A DNA stretch of 64,000 nt, from positions 1,426,001 to 1,490,000 of the forward strand of contig CM074517.1 of the NCBI GenBank assembly GCA_037379345.1, in the 5' to 3' direction. The translations under genes and the position numbers were made by a program. Shown here in pieces: positions 36,674 through 51,600 of the stretch (its first letter is position 1; each line of letters begins with the position of its first letter). A model generated the notes under the pieces. That model searched no databases. It had not been told where the DNA came from and saw only the letters and a program-made list of their open reading frames with translations. The DNA is from Perna viridis. Taxonomy: Eukaryota.

Positions 36674-39600
36674 CTGAAACAAAAATCCTTACACATTCAA
36701 ATATTTTTTTAAACAATCTGAAACTCAATAAAGTTAGTTCTTGATTTATTAATGAAATAACAAGTAAATATCAATTGATCGTAAATTTTAGGATTAAAAT
36801 TAAATATAAAATAAATCCAATACTGTCATCTAAAAACTTGATTAAAATAATAACTAACTCCTCTATCTAACTAGTAATTAACAACAGAAAGACTTTCATC
36901 AAAAAGATAACATGACATAACCAACTTTAACTTCACATTCTTTCAATTCTATAAATTTATGACAGTATAAAGTCATTACTTACTTTACTATAATTAAGTT
37001 TAGTCAGATAATTCCATATGGTTTCTCCGACTTTAGTATGGATGGCTACCAGACAGAATACAGCTGATTTTCTAACAGTACTAACTGGATCATCATAGGC
37101 CTATCAAATGTACACAAAAATCAATCTAATGATCAAATAACATTTTTTAGAAGTTTAATTTCCCCATTCACATTACTAAATAAAACAAACAAATGTACTA
37201 CCATTGCCATCATCGCTCCTAACCCCAGACAACAGACCACTGCAATGATCCGTTCCTAACCCCAAACAACAGACCATTGCCATAATCAGTTCTAACCCCT
37301 GACAACAGGCCAATACAATCATCGGACCTAACCCCACATAACAAACCATTGCCATCACCTTTTCTAACCTCTTACAACAGACCATTGCCATCATCAGTTG
37401 TAACCTCTGACAACAAACCATAGCCATCATCGTTTCTAACCATTAACAACAGACCATTGCAATCATCGGTCCTAACCCCAGATAACAGACCATTGCAATA
37501 ATCTGTTCCTAACCCCAGACAACAAACCATTGTAATCATCGGTTCTAACCCCAGACAACAGACCACTGTAATCATCGGTTCTAACCTCTGACAACAGACC
37601 ACTGTAATCATCGGTTCTAACCCCAGATAACAGACCACTGTAATCATCGGTTCTAACCCCAGACAACAGACCACTGTAATCATCGGTTCTAACCTCTGAC
37701 AACAGACCACTGTAATCATCGGTTCTAACCCCAGATAACAGACCACTGTAATCATCGGTTCTAACCCCAGACAACAGACCAATGAAATCATCGGTTCTAA
37801 CCTCTTACAACAGACCACTGTAATCATCGGTTCTAACCCCAGACAACAGACCACTGTAATCATCGGTTCTAACCTCTGACAACAGACCACTGTAATCATC
37901 GGTTCTAACCCCAGACAACAGACCACTGTAATCATCGGTTCTAATCCCAGACAACAAACCACTGTAATCATCCGTTCTAACACCCAGACAACAGACCACT
38001 GTAATCATCGGTTCTAACCTCTGACAACAGACCACTGTAATCATCGGTTCTAACCCCAGACAACAGACCACTGTAATCATCGGTTCTAACCCAAGACAAC
38101 AGACCATTGTAATCATCCGTTCTAACACCCAGACAACAGACCATTGCCATTATTGGTCCTAACCCCAGACAACAGACCATGGTTTATATGGTCTTCTATT
38201 GTATGATTCTAATGCCATCTTTTTCTACAGTTTTCTTTTAAAGAATTTCAAACAATATCAAAATGCAATTTTTAAAAAAAGATTAAAACTGAGATAAAAT
38301 TACCTTGACCAGACCAGGAATGATATCAGTTAATTTCTTCTCTAGGGCATCATTCGGCATTCTTTCTACAGCTTTAGTCTGCATTTTAATGGCTCCTAGA
38401 TTGATAGGATGTGATGCTGACTGAACTATAGGACTGAGTATTCTAATACATTGTTCTGGAGGAATATAATTAGCTAATGTCTCTGCACACTCATCAGCTG
38501 CCTTCTGTACCTGAATATTCAAAACACACTCATAAATTCTTTAATAAATTTATTTAAAAATTCCTAATTTGGCGTCACAGAATGACTGTTTCCCTTTCTT
38601 CATAGGAGTAACTTCAAAAATCAGATCAACAATTATCTGTGTCGGATGGACATAATACATTTATAAACTATTTTTTAAGTGATTTAATTTTTCTCTGTAA
38701 TGTATGTAATTGTTCATAAGACAATATCTACAATACACCTGATGATACATGTAGTAATACCATCAGGTCAGAAAAAGTTTCAAATTTGCATTTCCAGGCC
38801 AAAATGTCATTTTAGTGATAGCTATTTACAGACTCTTACATAGTCAAATTATAAAAACAATGATGTCAGTATTAATAATTATATTGTATAACTATATCTG
38901 GTTTCAATAATAGAACCTAAAATTAACAGTAATAAATCTAATGATATCTACCCTCCAGTCTGGGTCTTTATGGGCCTCTAAAATCCTTAGAGTTGTCAAC
39001 TCGGCATAATCACAGAATCTACGAGGCTGGTGACGTAAAATTTCACGTAAACATTTCAATGCTAATGCTCTTATTTGGATCTGAAAGTAAAAAATCAAAC
39101 TTTTAAAGAATATACTGTAAACAACAGCTAGCAAACCAATAAACTGTAATCACCGAGATAAGTCTCGCCTGTCAAACATGGACGCTGTTATTCAAAACTT
39201 GATTGATGATGAGTTAATTGTTTGCATATATGGAATTGTGACCAAGTAATAATCTGGAAGTCAATGGACTGCGGAGGCATGTGCACAAAATACAGTTTTG
39301 TAGTAGAGTGACGCTAATGCAACTGCTGACCAAATATAATTGACCTAGCATAAGTGGTTCATATCAAACTGACATAATCAGAAAACATAACATGAAAATC
39401 TTAACCAGAACACCAGAAACACAACACCTTAGTCTTGCTTTTTGCAGGATTCATTGCAGGCAAGACAAAAACTTATCTCTTTACAATAAACTTCCTACTT
39501 GTTTTAATTATGGGTGCCACTACCATACAAGTGTATTCTAGTTTAGAATAGAACACCATAAGAAACTTCTTACATTTACTCTAGACACAGTCATAAGTAC

Positions 39601-42600
39601 AACTTGTTCCTTATTGATAACAACACTCATTCAGTCACATTGGTCTAAACATTACTATATTCGCTTGTAATTTTACAGAGTTTCAGAATAGTATCAAGAT
39701 TACACATTCTGTAATACTGTGAAAGTATTATTGTTCGTGGGGTACCAATTTTCGTGGTTTTCATGGGTTTGGTAAACCATGAAATTTTATCCTAACGAAA
39801 AGGAAATTTATCATTTGTTTGTCCTATAGAGTTTAACGTCCACAAATTCAAGAATCCATGAACTGATAATTTTTCCCTAACCCACGAAAATTGGTACCTA
39901 TCAATTATCTTCACAATAAGTGTCTTATAATTAAACAAGCTTGCCCATCCCCATACTTACATCGTTATCACCTAAGGTTTCCAGTAAAATTAACAATATT
40001 GTTTTAAAGTGTTCATCCCACAACCCAAATGTTCCCTCACGGGTCAACTTGATTAATTGTTTCATAGATTCTTCTCTTTCCTCATTCCTGAAAGGTAAAA
40101 CAAATGACTTATCTAGCTGGTTCTTCACACAACTCAAGTCAGAAAATACATGTCATATTTCCACTTAATAAAATTATAACAGTTGGTATCCATTATAAAG
40201 TGACTTTTAGAAAATAAATCATGTAACACTTTAAGTTCACACTATATCAAATATCTACTGTGTTTAGTTCTATCTACACAAGTTATCTATTAGAAAGAAT
40301 TCAAACTATACCAATTATCATTTATGTGGAGTTCAAACCGCATAACACAACCTTTCAACAAGATATACAGAATAACATCAATTTCGAAGATGAGACAGAA
40401 ATTATAAATGAGCTCAATAGGGCGAGATATGATTTTCTGTCCAGAGCTTCAAATCTGACATTCTTTCATTGTAATTGTTGATGTTTGATCAGGGAAGTTA
40501 ACATCAGAAAAAGTTAAACAATAACAACAATAGAAAACAAAAATAAAGTCACATTTAAAAACAAGTACTATCATTAAAAAAAGATAGCCGACGCAGTAAA
40601 ATTTTGTTCCTTTTACTTCGAAATTCTACATTTCTTTCAAGAAAATAACATGACATGTAATTTCAAATGTTCTATACAGTTTTTTTGTACGCCACTAATT
40701 TATCAGTATTTGGCCAATTGGAAAACAGAATTACGATCAGATGACTTGCGTTTACATAGAAGAGCGTCCTTAAGGTCAAAGGGTTAAAAGCGAAACTATA
40801 CCAACTGCATCGGAAAAACATTCATTCAACTGATAAATAATATAAGTTTGAACAACTTTGCCAAGAATTTGTTTCATTAAAATCTAGGCTATTTTTTCTA
40901 TCAATTGATGTTGAGGATTAAAAAATTAAATATTTTACCTTTCATTATGGTTAGACAACTCTTTTAAAATATCAGATATTATGTCGTTTTCTGAAAAATC
41001 TGGAAAAAAAATATAAGTGAAAATTATGAATGATGAATTTAACTAAAGATTCAGCATTGACAGAATGAAACCAAATAAAAGAGTGGAAACAAAAACATTG
41101 ATCCTGATTTTCATGATATATAAATGAACAATTAGTAAACACAAAATTAAGCATGAAAACATATACATTGCTACAGATAAGCTTAATTAGTCTCTTGGCA
41201 CAGCAACTTAATGTATATCATGTATTGATTTTGGCAGGATATTACAGCATTGAGCTGGGCATTACTAAAAAAAAATTATCTTCAATATCATTATATCAAA
41301 TGTTTCAAATGAGATAATTATCTAGCATTGAATAAAGAAAATATAAAGCAACTATCATGCAATGAACAGCATATAGAATTAAGTTGTGAGATGCTGACAA
41401 AATTTATAATTTTCATCTTTAGGAACTGCATGCCATATTTAATTTGAAACAACACGTCTAGTGTAATTTTTCATGCTGATACTCTCTAACACCATGCTTT
41501 CAAAAACTCAATGTCAAGTTTTAAAATGATCACATCTTTGCATTATTCAAAAAGTCTTTTGCAGAACAAGTTTTTGTCCTTTTAGATAAAAAATCTTCAA
41601 TACTTAAAAAAAAACACAGAAATGAAAATCAAATGAAATACTCTCCTTAACATATGCTTTACAATAGAATATTTCAAAAACCTTTCTGGTTTTTGACTTT
41701 TTTACAACATTTGAAGACTTTTTTATTCTTTAACCTAATAATGAAATAAACCTGCTATATATCCGGCAGTTAGCATTAATATGAGATGTAAAAGTTAGAA
41801 GACAAGATATTTATTTGATACATGCTGTTATTACAACATAGAACAAGTCAACTTTGTGTATTACCAACTTTAGGGTCTTGGTGAAAATATTGGGATTTTC
41901 ATTTAAAGATTTATTTCAAAGTACAGTAAAAGTTCAAAGTCTGATCTTTATAATATACTGACACTATCTGACCTGTTACAATAATATCCAACTTCAATTT
42001 TTTTTGTTTAAAATGTTAGAGTTAACAGAAAGTAACATGTGGCTTTTCATAAAACCCTTGTTCTTAATAGATAAACATTATATAGATTGTGTTGTAGAAT
42101 TAAAAATAAAGGGCGATAACTCTGTAAGTGACAACTATATGCAATAGAAACTATGTGAACAGACAGATTAGAATAAATGATCATGAATTTTATCATTAAG
42201 ACCCACAAAAAAACTTTATAACAAAAATAATGTGAACCTTTTGTTGGGTGTCACACATATTACACAGTATGCATGACTCTTACAAATACTACTGCATAAG
42301 AATCCATAAGGTCTTAAGAGCCAACAAATTTTTTTTGAAAACTTTAGCCATAAAAATGGAAAAAAATATTGATTAACAGTAAGTAACAGACCCTGCACAG
42401 TTCTAAATTCTGTATTTAACAATGAAAACAGGTAAGCCAGTGTCAGTAATGTTAATAAAAGGGAGGTAACCACAATCCTTTGGAAACACCACCACACAAT
42501 AAAATATTACCCGGCTCGTACTGAGATATTCCTAATAAGGCTTTCCACGGCTCTGTAGGGCAGGAAAATTTTATAATCAGTATAAACAATCATATGGGAG

Positions 42601-45600
42601 ATTTGAAATTTTAGAAATCATGGGGATAGTATCCTGTATAATAAACTTCTGTTTACATTTTATTGATGGTAAAAAAGATAGTGTCTTCAAGCTTTTATCA
42701 AAAGAATGACAAGCACTGAAGCATGGTGATGTTATGAAGTTAGTCCCTAAACCAATAATAAATTCCACAAGCAGCCATGAATATATAAATGATCTTATAC
42801 TATATGACTGAATGGTTGAATCAAGCAACACGGTCACTCATCTATATATGTCAAATATATAATATAAATGATGTCTACTGTAAAATTATATAAAAAATAG
42901 TATTTAAAGAAGTAGCTGCTTCTTATAAAATCTGCAGAAATATACTAAATAAGAAAAAAGTCACAAAGTTATCCTGCAATACATGATTTATTTATAAAAA
43001 CCCCTCATAATCCCAGTTATTTCTAACACTAGAATGGGTACAATGATTTCCTGGCCATTAAGTTATGACGTCAAATTGGTCCTTTACTCAATATTGATGA
43101 ATTTCAACAGGATATTTTATAGCAAGTAATATAATTAACTTCAGGGAATAGAGGCAGTCTTCCTTGGATTAAATGACAATCCCCTGATGTCATTAACTAT
43201 GTAGTTAACTAAACAAGGATATTTAAAGTTCTTATTAAACTTAGATTAAATATCTGATATAAAAGAAAGTTTAAATCTCCTTGTTGATTGTCCAGTTTAC
43301 TACCAAAGGCATTTCATCAGATCCTGATGTTAACTATACTACACGCTGTAAATTTTTGTCACCTTATCTTAATCTCTGATTTACTGTTCTGTATTTTAAC
43401 TATAGGTTGATGCATTTGTTGTGTTTTAACATATCCATACTTTTTTCCTGTAAATTTTGATTGAACAAGATTGCAGGATAACAATATGCAAACAGGAACA
43501 TTAATTTCTGAATCCTGACTCTACAATAGAGACAAAAATCCAGGTTCCCAAATGAACTGGTCTATAAACAGTAAAATCTGTTTCCCAAATAGCATGGTAC
43601 ATCTAGATTACAGCAGGATATGGCTGGATATAATTTGGTACACAAACCTTTAGGAAGACAGAAAGACTCTATTTCTATAACAAAAACATTATAACTAAAA
43701 CAAAAAGGCCAACTTATTGTATTCACAAAATATATAAGGTATTCCTTTTACTAAGTTATAACCTATTTAAGTTTAAATACGATCTAAAATAATAAATTCA
43801 CTTTATCACATGAAGAAACCACCTAATGAAGAGATACCTCATGCCAAATGACAGATAAGTCTATATTGACAGTGTGAGAAAACTTCTTCTACCCCAACCA
43901 GACCAGGTACCTATAGATCATACATACCTTCATTGAAAGACTCCCCTTCATCAAAATCAGGATCAGCCAATCGTGATCGGTTCAAACCATTTAATGTATT
44001 CTGATAAAAAGAAAAGGAATCATATCATTTATTTAAAGAAAAAGAAAAAAAAATCAGTATTCATAAGGATTTTAAATGGGTCACCCAGCACTACCTTGTC
44101 TAACTTTCTTATGGAGAGATTTAATTGATAATGTATAACATCAGGATGAATGTCTCTTTATTTACCTGATAATATGACACTTTCAACAGTGTATATTATT
44201 CTAAGACAATAACTGCCATTCTCAACTACTTCTATATTTCAAGTTGGGTGAATATAAAGGAACTGTTAAAAAGACCATAAACCTTTAAAACAGTTGTAAT
44301 GTTGAGACCTTGGTGTCATAAATGTAATAAGTCTATTGTCTTTCTATTTTAACTCGTAATTACACTTGTTTTTCAGTGTATGATTTGCATGTTTTTTTTT
44401 ATTTCCTGCTCTTTTTTTATGTATGTTTACAGCAAAGGTATAAATTCAACTTCAATTCAGGCGTTCAATACTTTCATGAGTGGAAAGTCCTTGACATTTC
44501 CAAGTTTCAAATCTATGGTCTACTTGAGGAAAATCAAAGTTGACAATTAAGTGTAATTTAAACGGCTGAGGGTCCAGGACTAAGATAAAAAAAATTGTGG
44601 GTCCTGGACTTGGGACCAACACAAATCTGAACCACTGCCTTTATCCTATATCACAACAGCAGAAACCGGTAACATATTTATATTTTTATGTTTAGGTCTC
44701 ACTAACCACTTCTAACGTTTCCATTACTTTACATGTTAAAAAAGTAATTTTCAAAGTCTCACTGTGAATTCCCAGGACAAATGACATCTTAAAGCTGCAT
44801 ACCATTGCGAAGCTTGGAAAATAAGGCTTCCAAAATCATTATGCTAATGGTACAATAATAGTAGAAATTCTTCACAAAATTTACTTGAATAAATAATACT
44901 GAAAATCCACATTTTTACCTGTTCTGCTAACTGACAGCATGGAGGCAAATTACTCACACATGTAAACAATATTCATACACTTTTGTAGTTAATTACATAT
45001 ATGATTTTTAAGTACACATTCTCAGCTTTATTTTGACTACTTTTAATCATAATACACACAAATAATGCACTTACAATGCATATGTCTAGGTTCAGTGTGT
45101 TTTTGGTACTACATAGGGGGGTGGCCATTTGACCCGGAAGTGGTTAGTGAGACCTTATGCATCATTTCTCTCAAATTCATTAATTCAATTCCCTTTGTAG
45201 TAAGGGGAGGTAACTCACCTCATCTTGGTAATGTGAAGGATTATAATGTGGTTTCCTGCCATCGACAGCATCAGGACTATCATTCCGTAAATCCTGAATA
45301 CCACTGTCCTGAGAAGTAAAGTCCATTTTTTTCTTAACACCATCATAACTGTCAAGTTTACTATTTATAGAAAGATTCTGAATGTCAGCTGAAGTCTTTT
45401 TAATAGAATTATAAATATCCTCAGGATTCATATTCTCTGTTTCCAACTCGTCTGGATGTTCATTCCTGGAATTTAAGATTTATTAGCTATTGGTAGCAGG
45501 TAATCTTGTAACAACATTTTATGTTTATGTTTCAAACACTTTGTTCTGTTATTAATACAATGTACTCAGAGGGATCAAGCAAAGGATCTGAGTACATTGT

Positions 45601-48600
45601 TATAGTACTAGAATAATGATAATATTTAAGTGTTTAAACATCTGACTTTGTTAACTTCACTAGGTTTTACATTCTCACAGTCAAAGAATACACAAAATTT
45701 GCAGGATGTTAAACAAATTTCTAAATACTATTGTGAACTTTTTCTTTTACCTACATTCTTGAACACTGATAGGGTTCTATATTTTCCTTAAAAAATTGAC
45801 TACAAATCCAATAAAAGGTGTTGACAGAAGCATGTTTAAATGGTGGTTGTGTAGACAGACGGACAGACAGATATAGTACTATATCTCATAGCAATTTTTT
45901 TACAAGGAAGTAATAAAACTGTACCGTGATGGGGGTCTACTTCTGTTTTGAGGAGGACTGGTAACGTTTCTAGGAGACAGTACATCACTTTCGTGACTAG
46001 CACTACGAATGTGATTATGTAATATTTTCGTTGCACCATCCTGTAAAGATAAAATAATAAGATAAATAAAGCAGTAAATCTGGGTTGACTCTCACAGGAA
46101 TAAAACTGAAAATTTTGTACATTTTCTACCTTCAAATGTGTCATCACATTCCATAAAGTATTCTATACTGAAATATATGTACCTGTAATAAGAGCTTAAA
46201 CTTTAATTCTAACCACATATCATTAATAAAAATAATTACATAAACACTGGGTTCTAGTACTAAGTAGTTTTCACCTTAACCATTCCATTACAGTTTAGAG
46301 TAAGAACATGGTTAAATCTTAGTAACTCAACTTTTGACAAGTTTCCTTAAGATTAAAAAAATATGAAAGTAGAACTTAAGTTTTAATGTTTCAGAAATTG
46401 GTGTTCTAGAAATCCAAATAGATTATACATAAGAAAAGGTTGGTATGTTGATTTTTTTTTTTAGACAATCCAGATGTTCAAGCCATCCACATTTGTGCAA
46501 GGGTGAAATTTAAAAACCTAAATATGCTTATAAATGGAAACCACAAAACTAAACAGACATGTACTACTTACTTGGAATGCTTTAGGTAAGTATGACAACA
46601 TCATGGAAAACTCCGGAGGATTCAGATTAAATAATGCTATTAATACCACTTGAGCACCCTGGAAATATCAAACTAATAAATTAACATTCAGCATGATGAC
46701 AAGAAATGGTCAAACATTGTAATCACTTGAACCAGTGCTATATTCTAGGTTAAAGAATCTTCCTGTACTAGATTAAATGACTTAAGATACTGGCAGTTTA
46801 TTACACATATTTTGCTTTAAGAATTTCTTTACTGATACTGATTTAATGATAACATACCTTTCTAACTTCAACACTCTTTGGTTCTGTGGTCCAGTTAATT
46901 ATTCGTGAGATAGCTAATCGAGAATCTGCGGAATTCATTAAATCTGACACATCCATCACTTGGACCAAACTATGTAAAAAGTTCAATAGGCTTGACTTCA
47001 CCTGAAATAAATTAAATGTTTCTTTTTTTTTTTTAAAGTTTATCACAGCTTTCCTCATCAACTGTTGTTACTTTGTTCTACTGAAAATAGTGAGAAAAAT
47101 ATTGAATTCCATAACCATGCATCCCTGCCTGCTATAAATAAATCAACTATACACAACAGAACAGGTTGACCTAAAGATTTAGCATTATCTATTGTGACTA
47201 CTTTATTTTATTCTTTCAAGTCAATCTTATAAAATTATGTAAAAAATGTTATCATGAATAACTTCTGTATTCATATAAAGCGACACCCACCCTTTTACTG
47301 ACCAATAATCTGACCTAAACATGGGGGAAGGTATTACACTCTGAGAAACACACAAAGCAAAGGAAAAGTATCTGGTTGTTAACAGCTTTAATTAAGAGTA
47401 ATACACCTCAAATTATTCTAAACTTTACAATAGGATTCTAAATGAAGAGGAATACACCTCAAATTAATTAAAACTTTACAATAGGATTCTAAAATTATTA
47501 AAGTCTAAGACAACTTCATGTTTTTAACATTATAGATTTTGTACATTTAATTCAGGAAAAGCTCTATTTATAATTAACTGAGAAATTTACTTATTACCAA
47601 ACATGGGAAGCAACAGAGGTAAAATTCTGATTAGTCCCATGTGAATCTCCACAATAGGCAAAGCAGCAGGCACCCACACCAAGTGACCAAGGAACTTTTC
47701 TTCATAATGTGTAAGTATATGTGAAGATATATTTTGATCAAATGAAACTTTCACTCATTTCAAAAGAATATACAAATATAAAAAGGTGCAGTTGTTGGAA
47801 AAAGATTTTATGAATGAGAATAAAAATCTTTATAGAATTTAAACTATATACATTTTTACTGGAATGAATGGTTACAATTAAGCATGCAAATCCCCAGAAT
47901 TTTGTCAGCAGAAATCAACACCAAATTTCTACATACAACACACAGACCAAAAAATTGTAACCATTAGCTTTCTGTAAGTCATAATCAGGAACAAATCTGA
48001 AGAAATTGGCCATGTTAGAATTAAAATGTATATACAAGTGAAAAGTGAATTCCTGTGAACTAATTTCAGATTTGCACAACAGTTATTATTACAACGTAAA
48101 ATGAAGAAAAGTTGGTAGAAGGTGAAGAAAGTATGATTTACCTTCGGCTGCAAGAAAGCATGAAAGAAAAACAGATATATTTCAAGTTTTTCTTTTCATA
48201 CATAACATGATACAATATCATAGATACACTGAAGTGAAATAATGAAAACTAGACACTGAACAGACTGAATCAAATCATTAAAATCCTATGTACTGTACTT
48301 CTAACGTTAATAATTGTAAATATAGTGACATTAACAATCCTTTCTTTACTAAGGCACATAATTATATTTACTAACATCACAATGGACAGCAAATAAAGTA
48401 ATGTCATCTGCATTGAGGTATAAATCAAGCAATTTTCTGTGTATTACCCAGTCGTAGCTCTAAAGCTAAGTGCATCGGAGGCATGGGGATAGGGGTCTCA
48501 AGAGGGCTTTCAAGAAGGCTTTCAAGAGGGCTCTCAAGTGTTCTGCACTTTGTTTCTAAAAGAATTCTGTTTTGATTATTTTTAGAATTAGTAATTCATT

Positions 48601-51600
48601 AATATATATTTTAGTCCATACCTAATGATACATAGTTATCATTACTAATTAAGGATTCCCATGCTTTTAGGTTTTGTATTGGATACCAGAATTATGGGGA
48701 TATTGGACATTGTCATACAAACCTGAGCAGTTAGTGCCTAATAATCAAAAACAGATTTAAAGTGTAACAAGTGAAATGTACATTAAATGATTATTGTTCG
48801 GTACAAAATTTTTGTACTTTATAAAATGTCACTAAATCTTTCTTCACAAAGGTTGGCAATTTCTAAACAAGGAATCTTGAAGTTTGGAGATGTAATCTGA
48901 CTGTTTTGGCCTTGTACTTAACATTACTAGAAGAAATAATTCTCTACTGTTTTTCTTTTTATTTTTTTAAATTTCTAAACGAAACTGACATTAATGCCAA
49001 ATCAATAAGAATTCAAACAACACGACGTGATATAATGATGTGAACACCACCCAACCACCACATCATCAATAAGTTGTGATTTTGATTTTAGTAGAAGCTA
49101 ACATGTTAACATTTCAATTAGAAAACTCATTTCAAGGGAGACTACTTGTCTACTAGACTACAGCTGATTTTGCAGGACATACTTTGGCTGAGATTAGACT
49201 TTCTGATAGATCTCTCACATTGGAATTCTACAAAGTATTAGTTTCAAAGTATAACAGAAAACAAAATTGAAAGAAAAATAAAAGAAATGTTAAAATCTTC
49301 AACAAAAACAATCAGTTTGTAGCAGCATCAGATGCAGAATGATCTACTGCAATCAATTTCATACTACTCACAATGCCAAATTTATTCAACATGTTTTAAA
49401 GACTAAACAGAATTTTGACAATGAAAAATGTTGTTCTTCTAATTATTAAAACACACATGTCATCAAACTAATTTAAAAAAAATAATATTTGGAAAAAATA
49501 AGATGATTGCAGGAAACCAGTTCTACAGTAATGAATGTCACAAATCATCCATATACAATACCATAAGCAAATACATGTATCTATTGAGAGTTATATAGAG
49601 CTTTTTGTTGAATACTTGGTGTCATAAGCTTTATATGATTTCCTATCACACCTGTGTTGGATATATTCCAATTATCACACCTGTGTACAGATATATTCTA
49701 AGTGTGAACACAATACATGTATATACTGCCCTAAAAATTCTTACCTTTAAACTGTGTGATTGTGTCTGATCTATTATGAATTTGGTTATCACATTAAACT
49801 GCATATTGAATGGAAAGTTATCCCTAGAAAATAAATTGGAGTTAGATTTAAAAAAAAAAATATAAATGTTTTAAAAGAAGGCATAAATAAGAACAAATCA
49901 ACAAGGTGCTCTTCACTGAATGGCAACATTGGTTTAAACATGAAATCTTTGAAATATCAATAATCCAACAGAACTTAAAATAGACTCTGGTCTCTGAACA
50001 GCAGTGAACAAGGAACCTATTTTCTGCACCCTACCAATCAACAATACAAATTTACATTTTACTTTTTATTGGTAGCCCAGCTGAGTTTCATTTCAAAATA
50101 TAGAAAACGATGAAATTACAGTTTCATATATCTTTACACCTCAACATTTTTCAAAAAAATGAAAAAGAAATATAAAGAACTATGTAAGATAAATTTTTGT
50201 CCCATCATCACTCACTCTAGGACTTAAGTTACCTTATAGAATCAAGACATTTCTGTACTTTAGCCTGTTGTGAGCCCAGCATGTCGGCACCAGTTTTAGT
50301 TATCAGTTTTGTTAAGACCATATATAAATGGTCGTGTAAGTCTCTACTATGTACTATAACTAAGTCTACTAAGGTATCAAAAAATAAACTTAAAACCTGA
50401 AATACAAAAATACACTCATAAATATCAAAACATTAATATACAAACCAAAGAGAAATGGTTAGTCATCATATTATCTGCATCATGAGAAATTTTATTGATG
50501 TTTGTATATAATGATAAATGTCTTACATGTATTGACCAGATTAATGAAGCACTTTCAATCTTTTATTTACTAAGCCCTGATGTTGGATGGGCAGACAGAA
50601 CAAAAAAAAAACTTAAAATAAAAAAGAATTTTTACTTCAATTTGTTTTTGTTAAGCATTGTAAACAAATTCTACTTACTTTACTGGCAGGGTCATGGAAC
50701 ATTCGGGTAAATATCTCCATAACTTTACGTAGTTCTACCCGCCTGAAGTGTAAATAAAAAAAAACATATTTAATGGATTGTATAAATTAAATATCAAAAT
50801 AATCAATCTTCCGGTACATGCAATTTACTACATCTTTAAGAGTCTTTACCCTTTTAGTGCAACCAGTCCATACTTCCACTTTTAGTGGAGTCTGGATTGT
50901 ACATTGATTGTTCAGTGTATTTAGTATAAGTTAATTTGTGTTATTTAAGGCATTTTGTCTGTTTCCATTGTCTGGTCTGGATAATGAATATCCTCTATGG
51001 TTTTACTTTTAAGAAAAGCAGAGTTTGTTTTCCTCACATGAGCACCTCGGTCATGCACCAATAATTTTTAGTGAAGCCAAGTTTGCTTCTAAAAATATAT
51101 TTTCTATTTTTTTTCTACAGTTTTCAGTAATTGTTAGTTTACTGTTTCAGTTTTCTTTGCTTTCTATCATTTTCTGAATTTTTTATTTTGGTCTCCATCA
51201 AAATAAATTACACATGGGAATTTAAATCTCCGTGAATCTTTGAAATTAAGATATCTAGTATTAGATATCTATTTAATCATACTAGAGAAAAAAAACTTAC
51301 GTTAAATATCGATTTAATCGTAATAAATTCTGGAGAGCAATTAAACCATCCTTCCTGTCAGCTGATGAAGTACTTCCTAACAAGGAAATGATCTCTGCTG
51401 TGTCCTAAAAACAAAATAATTCATACATTAAAATAAAACTTAATGCTCTAGACTTGATAAAAAATTCACATAAAAAGAAGACATATATTTTATAGTTCTA
51501 TATAATACCATGCTATTCCTTTTATACAAACAACGTTAACCATTCAACATGGTTTGATATCAAGTTAAAGTGAAATATACATATCTATAATAACTGTAAA

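Noticed and set aside
37176-38180. Cys-rich repetitive ORFs as a metallothionein-like or structural protein
   Set aside because: They are translations of an intronic 33-bp minisatellite that is open in several frames and shifts frame repeatedly.
47397-47492. Short intronic tandem duplications (about 52 bp here; about 48 bp at 61163-61255)
   Set aside because: Ordinary two-copy local duplications with no splice or structural signal.
48445-48545. 12-bp repeat (LESP-like) with a downstream GTAATA donor as a CLASP exon
   Set aside because: The open frame ends in phase 1 whereas the host intron is phase 0.
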